Assembly (NCBI RefSeq): GCF_964355755.1 | Contig: NC_092670.1 | Span: 8,174,201 to 8,238,200, forward strand | Length of the DNA: 64,000 nt | Direction of reading: 5' to 3' | From: Antedon mediterranea | Lineage: Eukaryota; Animalia; Echinodermata | In this document: in pieces, positions 41,386 through 54,898 of the stretch | Layout: every line of letters starts with the position of its first letter | Numbering within the stretch: the stretch's first letter is position 1 | The notes under the pieces: model-generated | What the model saw: the letters and a program-made list of their open reading frames with translations, nothing else | Told to the model about the DNA's origin: nothing | The model's database searches: none | Program-made: the position numbers and the translations under genes

Positions 41386-41416
<31 letters not shown>

Positions 41417-44400
41417 TACTGAAATTATCATTGCAGTACTGCAATTGTTAGCTTTGTATTATTATAGCCCTGCAGTAGAATATTTTGAATATGATCCCTA
41501 AATGCAATAGAATTCTATATAGGGTATTTACAAATTTAAGTACAGATGTGGTATTAATGAATTGTAAAATTACAATAATTAGTTACTGCAACTTACTTGA
41601 TTTACACTATCACAAACACTTTCATCTCCACTTGATATTAATATTTCATCAAGCTGAAAATACAAAATAAGCCAAGTTTTAATTGATTTAAAAAAATGTA
41701 ATATAGTAAATTAATATATAAATTAGAGAGATAAAGACAGATTATGAATATTTCAATAGTGGGTATGTGTGAAATAAATACATACAGTATTTAGAAATAT
41801 GATAAAAGTATGCATACTGTATTATACAAAACTAATTTCTCTCCTTCCTGGTAAATTTACCAAAAAAATTCATACTGTACACTAATAAACAAAAAGACAC
41901 ATTTGTAAATGTTCTAAAAGCTACACTGTATCTTAAAGAAAACAACAAAAACGTTTTTGGAAACTCATAATCAATATCATCTTATATCAGTATTTTCAAC
42001 TTTATAGGCCTATCTGCATCTGGGCTTTCAAAAGCGATTATTCATAAACCAAATAAACACAAAATTACAAAATTTACCACTAATGCCCTGCCTTTAAAAA
42101 CACTGAGACCAGGATTGTATTCTTCTGGACCAAAATGCTCAAATACCTTGGCTTTTTTGTGCCTCTCTGTTTTTGTGTGTTTTTCCACAGATTCTGTAAA
42201 TACAAAAACATACAATATTATCCCATAACAATTTCTAAAGTTGGCCTAAAAAAGTAAAAATATAGGCAATTCATAAGACAATTATCTTTTAAATACTCGT
42301 AACTTTAAGAAGATTTGCTGACTTCATCAGTGCTAATTTTTAATCTCTGTCTTGAAATTGTAGATAATAGTTAAAAAAATAATTCAAAAAGTGTTTAATG
42401 TATATAAACTATATAATCATATTATTCAGCTCAATATCATTCATTCTGTTCTATTGGATGTTGTAAGACTTTAAGAAACTAGAGGGTGAGCTCGCTTCGC
42501 TCGCTCCCCCTCTAGGAAGTGTAGACGATGGTTCTCGGAATGATAATGTTCTCCTTACACATTTTCTGTCGGTTACCATTATTGAAAATGCTTGACATTC
42601 GTAAAACTGAACTACTTTGTTTCACAGTGTTTTAGATGATTAATAACATTTTAAAGTATAGTTTTTATTGTTTGGTAGGGCCCTTTGGGGAGGCGGAGGT
42701 CATTTGAGGGAGGTGCTTATTCGAGGGATATATGTTAAATTTTTTAGTTCTAATAATATGGTAACATTTATAATCAAATGAAATCTTCTCATAGATATGA
42801 AAAGTGGTAAAAAAGAATAACAAATGCTTGGTAAATTGCAGATAACAGTGCGGTGAATTCTACTACAAATAGTATAATTGTGTTATTATAAATATGTGGA
42901 TGGACGTTTATTAGATAGTTGGGTTGGGGGGGGGGGGTTATTATTCAAAGTGATGTTTTATTGGAGAGGCGTTTATTCAAATGAATACCATCCTAATAAT
43001 TATTAATACATTATTTAATTTAATCATCTTTTGAAACTAACTGCCGTGACAGAGTGGGCCCAAGAAAGAAGACATTACGGCTTGCAACATCGGCAGACAT
43101 CTCGGTCCTAACGGGACACAGGAAGATAGCCTACAGTTATTCCTGCAAGCTTACTCAATAAAACTCAGCTATCGGGATTTCACTCGAAAAATGTCTTATC
43201 AAATCTCCCTATGTAATTTTATAATACTATTCCCCACATTATATTCTGATTCTTTATGGCGTACATTTAATTTGATCTTTATTAATTTGCAGTGTAATTC
43301 CTATTATTTAACTACTGTACCTTCACACATGTGTGGTATGTTTTAAAATAAACAAAAAACTGAAATGGCTATGATTAATGGCCAATTTTTTTTTTGTCTT
43401 CCAAAGGGACACTGTATTGATTGATGGAAAGTGCCTGTTTCCAGTCACCTTTAGGGTCAAATCTATTATTTTAACTGCTCCCTTGTGTATAAAAGAGAGA
43501 AAATATTTGAAACTAAGGTGAACTTATCTTAAACCTGGAAATTACTTTGACCGGGAAGAATTGAAATTGAGAGGAAAATCCAATGTTGAAATCATAAATG
43601 TTGTTAAAAAACTCCTTATAATATCTTCCTAAGATATAAATATGGAACAATAGCGTCGGCGTGCACACTAATGTTATCAAATCTACGTTTCGCGGTACAT
43701 CTCGGATAGATAAGGTAGGTATCCAAGGCGGAGATTTGTACCGAAGTTTTTGCATTGTGCTCGCCTATGTCAGAATTAACCATAATTTATATATAGATGT
43801 CAGTACATTTTGTAATATTATTACACACAGTATAATCGTAGATAAAAATTCTAAAACTTAAGACTAACCTGCACGGTTCCCCTCGTCACATTTGGATACA
43901 ACTGGACACCCAACTTCTGTTAGCAACATGTAATGATTCCCAGTATATGCAAAGTAAACATCTGAGTTTCCACATCCAAGGTTACCAAATGGAACTGCAA
44001 CTGTCATTCTCTATTGAGAAGAAGAGAAAAAGTAATTAAAAATAAAATCTGATAACAAGAATAAAACAAACTAATTAAAAGAAACAACATTACTTTTCAG
44101 CAAGTAAACAGATTTAAGAATGCCTGATGAGTTTGTCTGGATATTAGCAAAAGTGTTTAAATGCAATAAACTAAATACAATTTTGTTCTGTACATTATAA
44201 TTTTTTTAATTTAATTTTTTTAACAATTTCTTATCATGTTAAATACATGCCCTATAAAGTATAATTTTATATTTATTATTTAGATTTGTTTGATACATTA
44301 ATTTTTAGAAAGCAAAAATGTATATACACATACCCCTTTCCAATCAACAATTTTACAATTAATGCAAAATATTGTTGCAGCAGCTCTAATGACAACATGG

Positions 44401-45213
44401 TTAGCCATTTGCTGACACAGGCCTATCACACAATCTTCCCATGTACATGGGCATTCTTCCAAGTTTGGAAAATCAGCATTTGAAAAAAATTGCAGAAGGT
44501 CTTGCTTAACTGCAGTGCCCTATGTTCAATTAAAAAGTCACTAATTATCTCATTTTATTTAATTATATATATTTATTTTGATTCAAGTTTTTTTCCTATG
44601 TTATGCATTGAACATTGAAATAAAATTGATGAAACCTTTAAAATACATTGAATTCTTCCCTGATTTTTACAAACAAAAAATCGGCTACTACTAATCTAGG
44701 CAATGAGTAAAAGAGGATGGTCAGTAAAGCTGGCATAAGCCTGGGTACTCCATAAGCCTGGGTACTCCTTAAGCCTCTTGTTCTCAATAAAGACCATGTT
44801 AAATACATTATGAACACACCCAGGCGTTCCATAAGCCGATAGCAATAATTTCATCCCCGCCGAATGAATACAGTATAATTTAAATAAATAATTATATTAT
44901 TAATAAAATAAAGATGAAACTGAAAGCACGATAAACTTACATTTTCAATTGAATTGACATACCGATTTTGTAAAAGGTAGTCCCGAATTAAATCAAAAAC
45001 TTCCTCTTCTTCTATCGAAAAAAGTGCAGCTAAGCATTGGTAAAAACACCGGTTTTCATTCCCCGGTGGGTCAGCTTTCAAAGTAAGTCCTCGCTTTTTT
45101 GCTTCGAGAAGGCACAACACCCGGTTAGACATCTTCGGATATTGACCTTGTATTATGAAATGACGGTCTTCAGAGCTCCGGAGTTCTTTCGCGCAGACAT
45201 TTATATTCGCCAT
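37368..45213 (-). CDS. 10-exon OTU-like protease / GCM-like / Mutator DDE / SWIM transposase (~1180 aa; one frameshift at ~38885)
   Basis: Exons 45213-44941, 44519-44334, 44010-43869, 42193-42078, 41653-41597, 41094-41050, 40899-40837, 40461-40345, 39992-39865, 39773-37368, all GT-AG and phase-compatible. OTU-like PGNENRCFYQCLA..TW..ANHVVIRAAA..YTGNHY; DDE SLDGCE/VGDEGG/SAEVSN with DYFH; SWIM-like CTSIGCKSGCHH. Confidence 0.8.
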
Positions 45214-45239
45214 CGCCAATCATTAGCCTCTTTCTAATC

Positions 45240-47109
45240 TTTGCGGCATGTTCTTTGATCGGCATATCGGTTACCATTATTCGCCGCCAACAGGAAGTCA
45301 AGTTAAGTTTGTCTATCTTTGTTTTGCCATGGTTTTGCATTCCCATACATGCTGAAGTTAAAAGGGAGGTGGGTCGGGTTGCTTTCGGAGGTTATTACCC
45401 GGACCAACCAATATGAAACTAAAATCATTGTGAAGTAAGGAAAAAATAATCAATAAATATTCTCCCGCATATGACCGTACAGTGTTAATAACACGTGCTG
45501 TTTTCTTTAAAGACCAGCACCGTGTGTATACATAAAGAAATATCAAAACATTTCAACTTTTTTGGTAACTCTAGAGGAAATTTTAACAACAGGGAGCACG
45601 AAGCATGTCCGTATGATAACCGATACGACCTCATGCCAATAATAAGCACTGAGTCATTTAAGGTTGATTATTCTACTATAGTACTGTATATAGCAACTAC
45701 AGAAATCGTCGAAATACTGTCGGTGAATAAAAAAAAGGCACATACGGATGGCAGCTATCCACACACAACTTGAGAACAGTTTAGGGCACTGTTGTAAAAA
45801 TGAACACAAATAATTTGACAACATGATGAATATTTATTTATTTATTCATTTTTATTTCTAATGATATAGCATAGGCCTATGTTATAAAAATTTAAATAAT
45901 TGATTTATATAATAGCATAGTAGCACGTTAAGATATGCCTCGCGCGTTTTTGAAATTTTAAAATACATGCCTCGCACTTTTGGAAATGATAAAACGATGC
46001 CTCGCACAAATATTCTGCTTGCCTCGCATGCCTCGCCTCGCACTTTGTCAACACTCGCTCTAGCGCCAGGTTTATTAGTACGTACATGGACAACAATAGA
46101 TAAAAATCGTTCATAATATACCTAGCTTACTAAAACAGGAATAGTGTATCATTATTAAATATTACACCAATTATTATTATATCAAAATTGATTAAATTAT
46201 TTTCTACATAGGCCTCTTATCTAGGTTAGGGCTAAGCATATTAGCTAAAGTTTAATTTTAGGCCTAGTATTACAATTGTCGGACGCAAGTCTTTTTTCAC
46301 ACGCGCTCCAGAATTCTGTCGCAATTTTTTTCTTTGCGGCATGTTATTGGATCGGCATATCAGTTACCTTTTATTCACCGCCAGTTATTGAACTTGTCCT
46401 GGCAATCGCTGTTCACCTTATTTGCGAGAGAGGTACACGTGTTGTTCCTAGAGAATGGAATGTCAAAAATGTCTTTGGCACGCCGCTCAGAGAGAAGTCT
46501 GTGCGTTGCTGCTGAAACCACGTGCTATAGGAGGGGAATGCACCACAATCCTCTGAGCTGAGGGCTGAATAATTCCGCTACCTGCTAAATAGTAAAGAGG
46601 GATTTTCCATCTCTCGGGTCTACTGGATCTAGGCGCAGGGGTGTGACAAAATATTATTTTCACTCTGCTATGTTCGAGAGACATGTGAGTGAACACGCTC
46701 GAAATGCCAACAAACATTGCAGTCATTTGATGAGTGTGTCGCTATAACAATTATTGTTTATCGAAAGTTGAAGACTGTCGTTCAGATTTTTGAACCGTAG
46801 TTTGGGCACTTTTGTAAAAGTAAAATTTGACACGATATGACTTAAATGAAAAAACAATCGTTACATAAAAATAAACAACATGATGAGTGTATACACGAAT
46901 CTATTTAGATACGCTTGTATCGATTGATTATTAGACCTATAATATAGCATAATAGCACGTTAAGATATGCCTCGCACCTTTTTGAAATTGTAAACTATAT
47001 GCCTCGCATGCCTCGCACTTTTGGAAATGATAAAACGATGCCTCGCATAAATATTTGACTTGCCTCGCTTGCCTCGCGTGCCTCGCTGCCTCGCACTTTG
47101 TCAACACTC
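45240..47109. repeat. Diverged tandem duplication of the MULE right end (internal TIR copy ending at 46056)
   Basis: ttgcggcatgtt..gatcggcatatc at 45241 and 46334; tagcacgttaagatatgcctcgc...ctttgtcaacactc at 45920-46056 and 46953-47109. Confidence 0.85.
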
Positions 47110-48926
47110 AAATTAGTTACCAGAGCCACAATTACGAATCTTTCTTCAACCTACGCGTGGATACCAGCTAATTTTTTAGGATAAGCTAATTTTTTAGGAT
47201 AATATAATAAATGTATAAATGTGTAGTAGCCTAGGCCTTCGTATAGATTTACAGTAGTTAAAACAATAACAGTGTTGTAAGACAATGAGTGTTATAGGCT
47301 ACTTATTGATCATTTTACATTTATTGACAAGTTATGTGTCTTAATTTTATAATGACTTTTCAAAATAAAGAAATAAAAAAAAAAGGATTTCATCGCCGAT
47401 ATGATTGTTTTACATGCAGGTATTTTAGTAAAATTAAAACGCTACATTTTGACCATGGAAAAACCATCGTACAGTATCGTGTGCGTGTTTTTTAAAAAGG
47501 GGAATCCCCGACGGTCAGCAGAAAGACATAGCAGCTGTGAGGAAACAGATACCAGAAGGCGCAGCTCCGATTGGTTTCAGAGAATGTTTCAGATGGCGAG
47601 TCGCCTTTTATTCAACAGCACAATGATCATTTTACTGAAGAAATTCTTTTCAACCCCTTTGGTTAGGCCTAGAACATTCTAATTATCATGCCTAATAAAT
47701 ATCCTCATAATAATCGGGTATTTATTTAATTTTAAATTAAACAAGACAGTGAAGAGGCACGGAATAATACGTACACGGACGTACGACGAATACACACACG
47801 CACGTCATCATTTACGACATATAGTGGTGATATGATGCAATTTTATAATGGATATAATGATGGGATTGCCTTTCCAGGCTTACAATCAATGTTCATTACG
47901 TAATACTATGTATATAATAGTAAACTGAATGTTTATAAATAAATTGTTTTACGTAATTTGTTGCATATAAAATAAAAGACACAGACGTAGCCTACGTTTC
48001 CTATAAAATATTTCACATTTAAATAATTATGTACTGTTAAATGACATTATGCTGGATAATATTATAATCTTAAACTATGTTTACAAATTATTAATATAGG
48101 CCTAATAATAATAATACATATTCATCGACCAAAGTAAAAATAATCTAGATCGTATAACATTATTTTATCGCGACCAAATTTAAACGCGACCGATTTCGAA
48201 CGCGACTGATATCATCGTAAAACTCCGGCGGGGTTTCCCCATCTTCAGATGGTGCGTTGTAGTACGGGACGACAACGGCGGAGTAATTACGGGGGTTTCC
48301 CTCTGGTAAGCTAGCACGTTAGTGCGACCGCGGAGTGATTAGTCGGGGGCTTCCTCTCTGATGATGGGGGTGCGTGCCGATCGTGTGACCTGAGACTACA
48401 TGGCGGGGCTTCTCCTTTTTATGCCTACACGTTCCGTGTTATTTTGTGTATCATTGCGACATTTTACGCACTTGTAAACTATTTTTTAACATTTTGGGGC
48501 GACTTTGCGATAGGGCGACTATGTGATGGGGCGACTTTGCGATGGGGCGACTTTGCGATGGGGCGACTGTGTCGGGGCGACTTTGTTTTGGGGCGACTTT
48601 GCGATGGGGCGACTTTGTATGGGGCGACTTTGCGATGGGGCGACTTGACTAGCATCCGTAGTAACATGATAACCGATCAGTGCTACTGTACAGTTAGGTC
48701 GCGATTCAAATCGGTCGTGGTGTTACGTATTCGGTCGCTGCACCGCTGGACTTTCAGTTTCAGGAAAATATAATATGATTATCTATGGCTATTATTAGTA
48801 ATATGGAACGCCGCTGACGAAATTTCTATTACTGGACGTCTCAGGCAGAAAAATCATAAATCATTCATGAGATTAAAACATCCAAATTAGGACATACCAG
48901 GTTTGATGGCGGGGTGGATTGTTTAA

Positions 48927-49552
48927 AGCCCCATTCCCTACGTTTTTTAGATCTAATTTAAGATCACAAACTATATTTAATGTAAAAATAATACTATATG
49001 GTCCTATTGCGATAACTTTTTTCGTCTTTAAACGGTTAAAAATGTGAAAAATAAATCGATTCTAATAATTATAGCGGCCCGCTATAAATCCCAAAATGCA
49101 TTGCGCGCGGATTGATATTTTTGTTTTTCACCTGTAATTCGCTCACTTTTCGATCGATCGTGAAGCCAAAACAAATGGAAGACTCCTAACTTTTCAGCGA
49201 AAATACCGGGTTTTCCCCAATTTGTATCAACGGAGTCTGGCAAAAATAGAAAGACAATTAATGCAGCAACTATACAACGTCAGGCTAGGTATATAGCTAG
49301 CGTATGATGTTCGTACGTTATCGATGTTTACCAGCTAGGCCTACAAAACTAAGCCTAGCTAGGCTAGGCCTAAGACCGTCCACGAGAGGTCGATCGCCGC
49401 GAGCTACTTAGGTAGTGCATTGTTTCTCACTTTTTATCATAATTTACTATAAAACGTACATTTAAGACAAGGAATGACATGGTTTAATGTTTTTAAAGTG
49501 ATATATATGTATTATTTTCCAAAAAACGTCCAAAATTGCAGGGAAGGGGTCT
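48927..49552. mobile_element. Kolobok-like non-autonomous DNA transposon
   Basis: TTAA on both sides; imperfect TIR agccccattccct / agaccccttccct starting with AG. Confidence 0.7.
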
Positions 49553-50589
49553 TTAAATTGTTTAGTGGAACAGATTTTTTTTCTCTAGATGGCCATAAAT
49601 CGTGTTTCTGGACTATATAATTTGGTGTAATTTCTTCACTAGTCTATATAGAGCGCCATATGCCATTTTTGAAGAATGTGACACTGCCAGACATACGGAC
49701 GAAAGTATTGAAATAAAAACAAAAGTTCATTGCGGCCTACCACGACACACTCGCACACACCCACCACAGATAATACGGCAACTCCCTGCTGTTATCGTTA
49801 AAAAGAGCCTGTCATAAACTCGTGCATCCACTTTAGACTAACTGACTGCGCGAAGTAGGCCTACACGACGTACACGCACGCGCTAGGTGATACATCCTTC
49901 CTTCCTGCGTGTTCCATAAGTTCTTTTTAAAAGATCCAAACGTCTTGGTGTTTGGTAGTTCAAATTTGTAGTTTTAAGCTTAAAATTGAAAATTAAACGA
50001 GACTTACCTGTAAGTTGAAGTTTAATTGTAATTCTATGAGTCATCAGCCGGGAGTGGAGGAGTTGTACGAGAGAGTACCGTGCATGCGTATGCCAGTCTT
50101 TAGAGCAGAATACAGGCTCAGTGAGGAGAGTGGAGGAGTCTGGGTCAGGGCCAAACCTACGTAAGGGATGGCGTACAACTCCTCCACTCCCGGCTGATGA
50201 CTCATAGAATTACAATTAAACTTCAACTTACAGGTAAGTCTCGTTTAATTTTCAATTCTATTTCGTCATCATCCTATGTCGCTACGGAGTAGTACGAGAC
50301 TTTAGAGCACAGTGAGCCAGTATTCGCAAAACGGTGGAAAAACAGAATAAACAAATTAACAGTCATTCAAGTCGTTTACATTCTTTCAATAGAAAACACT
50401 TTATTACCACAAAACTATGTAGTACGGTACTTTAGTCTGTAAATAATTAACTGAAATCACTGTATTTCCTGTATTATACACTGCTTACAGGAAAAATAAC
50501 ATTCAGGTATTATAACACTGTAAAACATACCCTTGGATAGTAACTATAAGAAACATTAACTTTAAACAATGCAAACATGGTTTCAATAA

Positions 50590-51792
50590 CACTTCATTTC
50601 TCGCTTGAGCATGACTCAAGAACTGCAGTACCATAATTAAAAGTAGGAGGTGCTATACGATTATAATATTTCTGAAAAGTTTCCTCCTTAGCCCAACCAG
50701 CTGACTTCATGATGTTTTTTAGATCAACATTTTTATTTAGAAGATGAGAAGCTGAGGCTGATCTGGTTACTATGGGGCTTATATTGGACTGTATCTATAC
50801 CTGCATTACACATGAATTTCTTTACCCAGTGGGACACTGTATCCTTTGAAATCGGCTTATGTGGGGAAATGTAACTTAACAGTAGCTGTGCCTTAGCCTG
50901 GCGAAAAACACTTGTACGTGAAAGATATTCTGTCAACAAAGACACAATGCATAATTTTTTGTCAGATGGAAACGCATTGAATTCCAATGGCTTTTGATGT
51001 GAGCCAACCCGTGTATGCTTTAATTTTTCAGTTACATAGAAAACAATTTTATGATCACTCTTTTCCATATTTGCAATCGAGAGATTTAATATCGTCCTGG
51101 CACCTTTGACCACTTAAAAGACACAATAAGAACGCCAATCTTTGTGATATTTCTTTCAGCGATGATTCTTGGATTGATGGTTGCCCTCTGATGTAATCTA
51201 GGGCAACATTGACATTCCATGTATAACTGTACCTTGGTAAAGATGGTCTTAATTCAAAAATACCCTTCATAAAGCGTTTCACAATAGGTAATTGACCAAA
51301 AGATGCATACTCTTGACCTACAGCAAAAAGAGAAGACAGCATACTTCTAGCAGTATTAATAGATCTGTACGATAAACCTGAATTAAACATATCTGATAAA
51401 AACTCAAGTGGTAATATCACATGTGGTGAAATAATGTCACAATTTTTTCTCTCACAAAATTCAAACCATCTGTTAGCCATAGTTTGATATTGAACCTTTT
51501 TTCCTGCTCGCCACGATGCTAGTATGATCTCTATTGTGCCTGAGGTAAATCCCTTAGATAATAAGCTTCTCCTGATACATGACATATGAGCAGTCGTAGT
51601 TTCTTGTGTAGAGGATGAGTCAAGCCCGGTTGTGCTGGTATCACCAGAGGGTCTGGTGCCGGTTGAATTTGTGTTGCTTCCTTGAGTATCCCCAGCAGCA
51701 TGGGGTACCACGATTGGGATGGCCAATCTGGTACTACTAGAATTCCCTGCGCCTTGTCTTGTATTATTTTCTGTATAACCCTGAGAACACAA
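50590..51792 (-). pseudogene. DIRS tyrosine recombinase (frameshifted)
   Basis: RSINTARSMLS..RFMKGIFELRPSLPRY..LLSGQRCQ..KLKHTR..YKPHS..AGW..TFQKYY; frameshifts near 51100 and 50760. Confidence 0.85.
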
Positions 51793-53602
51793 TTAAAAGG
51801 GGGAAAGCAATAGAATAATATATTTTGCCATGATATTGTAAATGCATCAATATCTGTTGCATATGGATCTTGCCTATAAGAGATGTATTTATCAAATTGT
51901 TTATTTAGTCTTGATGCAAATAAATCAATTGTGGGTAGAACATTAAGTTTCGTTAGAACCTCACATAAAGTTTTAGAATTTAGCATCCATTCTGTATCTA
52001 TATTCTGTCTTCGAGATTCAAAATCAGCAGTAACATTAAGCACTCCTGGTATGTGGGCTGCAGTAATCCAAATATTATTACTTTCACAAAATGCCCAAAT
52101 TGTCCGTGTAATATCATTACAAGGATCACTGTGACATGTTCCCATATTATTTATAATGGAAACAGCAGTAGTATTGTCAATCATGAGCTTTACCTGTTTA
52201 CCTAGAACTTGTTTGGAAAAGGATGTCAGGCCAAAATATGCAGCTAATAGCTCTAAATAATTTATATGGTATTTTCTCTCATTTACTGTCCAATGACCAC
52301 CTGTAGCGGCTTCACCCATTGCTGCCCCCCAACCAGAAAGAGAGGCGTCTGTGTAAATAGTTAAATCAATTGCTAAATGTCCAATTACATTAAAACATTG
52401 TGGTAGGTTTATCAGCCACCATTGTAGATCCTCAATAGCCGAGGATGACAAACACATTTTAGAGTCGAAATTTCCTCTGGCTGTCTTTAAAGCATTAATC
52501 TTATCCCTCTCCACTGCCCGATAATGGCATTTACCATATTGTACAGCAGGGAAGCTTGACACAATATACCCAATAATCTGTGCTATCTCTCGAATTGTTG
52601 GAGTAGGTGTTGCCAATATCCTGGTAATACAGTTAGTAAGTCGATCAATTTTTGGACTTGTCAAAGTAATTTTCATATTACCTGAATTAATATTAAAACC
52701 TAAGACAGGGAATAATTTCGCCAGTGTAGCATAGCAAAAAGCTATACAAAACAACCTTTTTGCTACACATTTCTACAATTGTGTAGCAAAAAATACAATA
52801 CAAAACTATCTTTCTTGACTAAAAAATCAGTTTGATTAGCAATTTTGCTAAACAAAATTTTCAAATGAAATTTTTCCCTGTAAGAATGTGATACTTTGTG
52901 TAGGTATAAAAACTGATTTTTCAGGATGTATGACAAAACCTAAACTATCAAACATCTTTATTGTTTCCATAATAGTATCAACGCATCTCTTGTATGTGGA
53001 TCCTATTAATAGTAAATCATCAATATAGGCACATAAAATATGTCCTCTCTTTCTCAGAAAACTAAGTGGTGGTTTTAATAGTTTGGTGAATGTTCGGGGC
53101 AAAAGGAAAGACCATTTGGATATGCTGTAAATTTATAAAGTTCTCCCTGATAGTGAAATTTTAGATACTTCTGAGAATCCTTGTGTATTCCCACACTATA
53201 ATATGCATCCTTTTTAAAGTCAATAGAGGCCATCCAACAATTCTTCGTTATCATACTTAATGCGGTATTGATTGTGTCCATTTTAAAGTGTTTATATTCA
53301 ATATATTTGTTTAGTGATTTTAAATTTAAGATTATGCGTACCCTATTATCTTTCTTAGGAACTGAAAAAATTGGAGATACATATTCCCCTGGTTCATATG
53401 CACATTTAACCAGTACACGTTTAGTTAACAGTGTCTGTATTTCATGTTCTACTAAGTAGATGTGATTCTTTGCAATAAAATTTGATGGACATGTAATGGT
53501 TGGTGGTGGAGGACTTAAAAATTGTATTATTTCACCCTTCACTGAATTTAGGGTTGTATGGTCAGAAGTTAGTTCTTGCCATTTTTCTATAAATTTTTTC
53601 AA
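51531..53602 (-). pseudogene. DIRS RT / RNase H / DNA N6-adenine methyltransferase-like ORF (frameshift and MITE insertion)
   Basis: HFKMDT, DAYY, YIDD; TDASLSGWG, HINYLEL, DNTTAV; IDLFASRLN and YCFPPF. Confidence 0.88.
52706..52880. mobile_element. 175-bp hAT-like MITE with 5-bp TSD inserted in DIRS RT
   Basis: TIR cagggaa(t/a)aatttc; TSD taaga (52701-52705, 52881-52885); removal restores ITFLGFNINS. Confidence 0.9.
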
Positions 53603-53685
53603 TTGGCCACCAACAAAATGTTCTACTCGATAGTCTAAGTATCGTTTAAGATCATTTAACTCAGAGTGTGCCTTTACCTGTGAAT

Positions 53686-54898
53686 CTATCGTCGGTAATT
53701 CTTGAACATCCTGCCTCTTTTTCGCTGGTACTGTCCGGACTGTCCCCTTTGTCCGCTGGCGTGGGGATTTACCTGGTTTTGTTGATAGTTTTGTCGATAT
53801 GTCTGAGGGTTGTACCCTCTCTGAGGTAAAAAAGGTCTTCTCTGTGTAGTGTATGGGGCATATCTGCCTACTTGTCCCTGGTTTTTCATAATCCTCCCTT
53901 CCAGTTTTGAATCAGTCATAACCTGTTTTAAGTCATTGCCAAATAGCATTCTTTCAGGTTTGTTTGTTCTTAAACATGCATTTTTGAGGTCTGTGCTATG
54001 CTTAGTAGCGGTCTTAATGTGTCCCTCCTTTTATACGATAACTCTTTGTTGACAAAACCCAAGAGGGCTACAGAGTCAAACAGGCGGGTAGCTGTTAGCT
54101 TATAATCAGGAGCCTTTTTGGATTCTTTCGCCTTAAGCATATCTTCGATACAAATAGCAATGGCACTTGTGGCCTTTACAACTGAGTCCTGTAGGGCTGC
54201 TACACGCAGATCCCTTTGTTTATTAAAAGACTTCAGTTCATTCCAAATTTGGTCATTTACTTTTGGTACATATACTTCTTTTAGATTACCCGGTATCTTA
54301 TATCTCTCAATGATAGCCTTGTGCTTATCTAGACTCAGTGCAGATTCAAATTTAGCATTTATTATCTTTGCGATTTTTTCCGATATGGAGGCCCAACAGT
54401 GTTGTCAATACATAGGGACGAATCTATTAGATTAAGGATGGAGTCTACATTTTCCTCCTCCACCTCTTCAGCCTCTTCAAAATCATCCCCTCCGAATATG
54501 CTCAAGGCCTCGTCCTCCGATATGGGGTGATTATTTGAGTTATCATTAGAGGTATGTGCTGCATGTGCAGTATTTGATGCTTCCTGTGAAGCTGGAGTGT
54601 ATGCTTCCTGTGAAGCTAGTGTGTATGCTTCCTGTGAAGCTGGTGTGTTAATTGCTTCATTTGAAGACAATTGAATAGGCTTGGCTCTACTAAGCTCGCC
54701 CAACAGTGTATTAGTCTCTGTCATACTACGCTGCATTGCAGCCAACACATTTACAAGCGATGAGCCTTTCGCTGTTGGCGATAGCGGCGGGGTCTCTTCG
54801 GGATCCGTCTCTTCATCGCCTACTACGGCAGGAAGCGCGCCGGCGGGAAAACCCTCGCTTGACCTAGGCCTAGTAGAAATGTAATCACTGTTCTCCAT
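53686..54898 (-). pseudogene. DIRS Gag-like ORF (frameshifted)
   Basis: 5' position in the element; YKIPGNLKEVYVPKVNDQIW in an alternative frame; LFGNDL followed by an R/G/Q-rich tail. Confidence 0.75.

Larger units (their letters stand above)
32083..47109 (-). mobile_element. 15-kb Mutator-like element (MULE) carrying a spliced transposase gene
   Basis: TIRs gggtagtaacaaagtgcgaggc / gagtgttgacaaagtgcgaggc with gcgaggca repeats; perfect 9-bp TSD aaattagtt (32074-32082, 47110-47118). Confidence 0.92.
31747..48657. mobile_element. Foldback-type MULE-like element (outer; ~1.9 kb without its nested insert)
   Basis: GG...CC termini; TIRs built of ~16-bp aaagtcgccccatcgc repeats (31755..31970, inverted at 48495..48650); 8-bp TSD gtagtaac (31739-31746, 48658-48665). 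Confidence 0.88.

Noticed and set aside
51700-51950. Bacterial-type DNA methyltransferase as horizontal transfer
   Set aside because: It is the standard MT-like domain of the DIRS pol ORF
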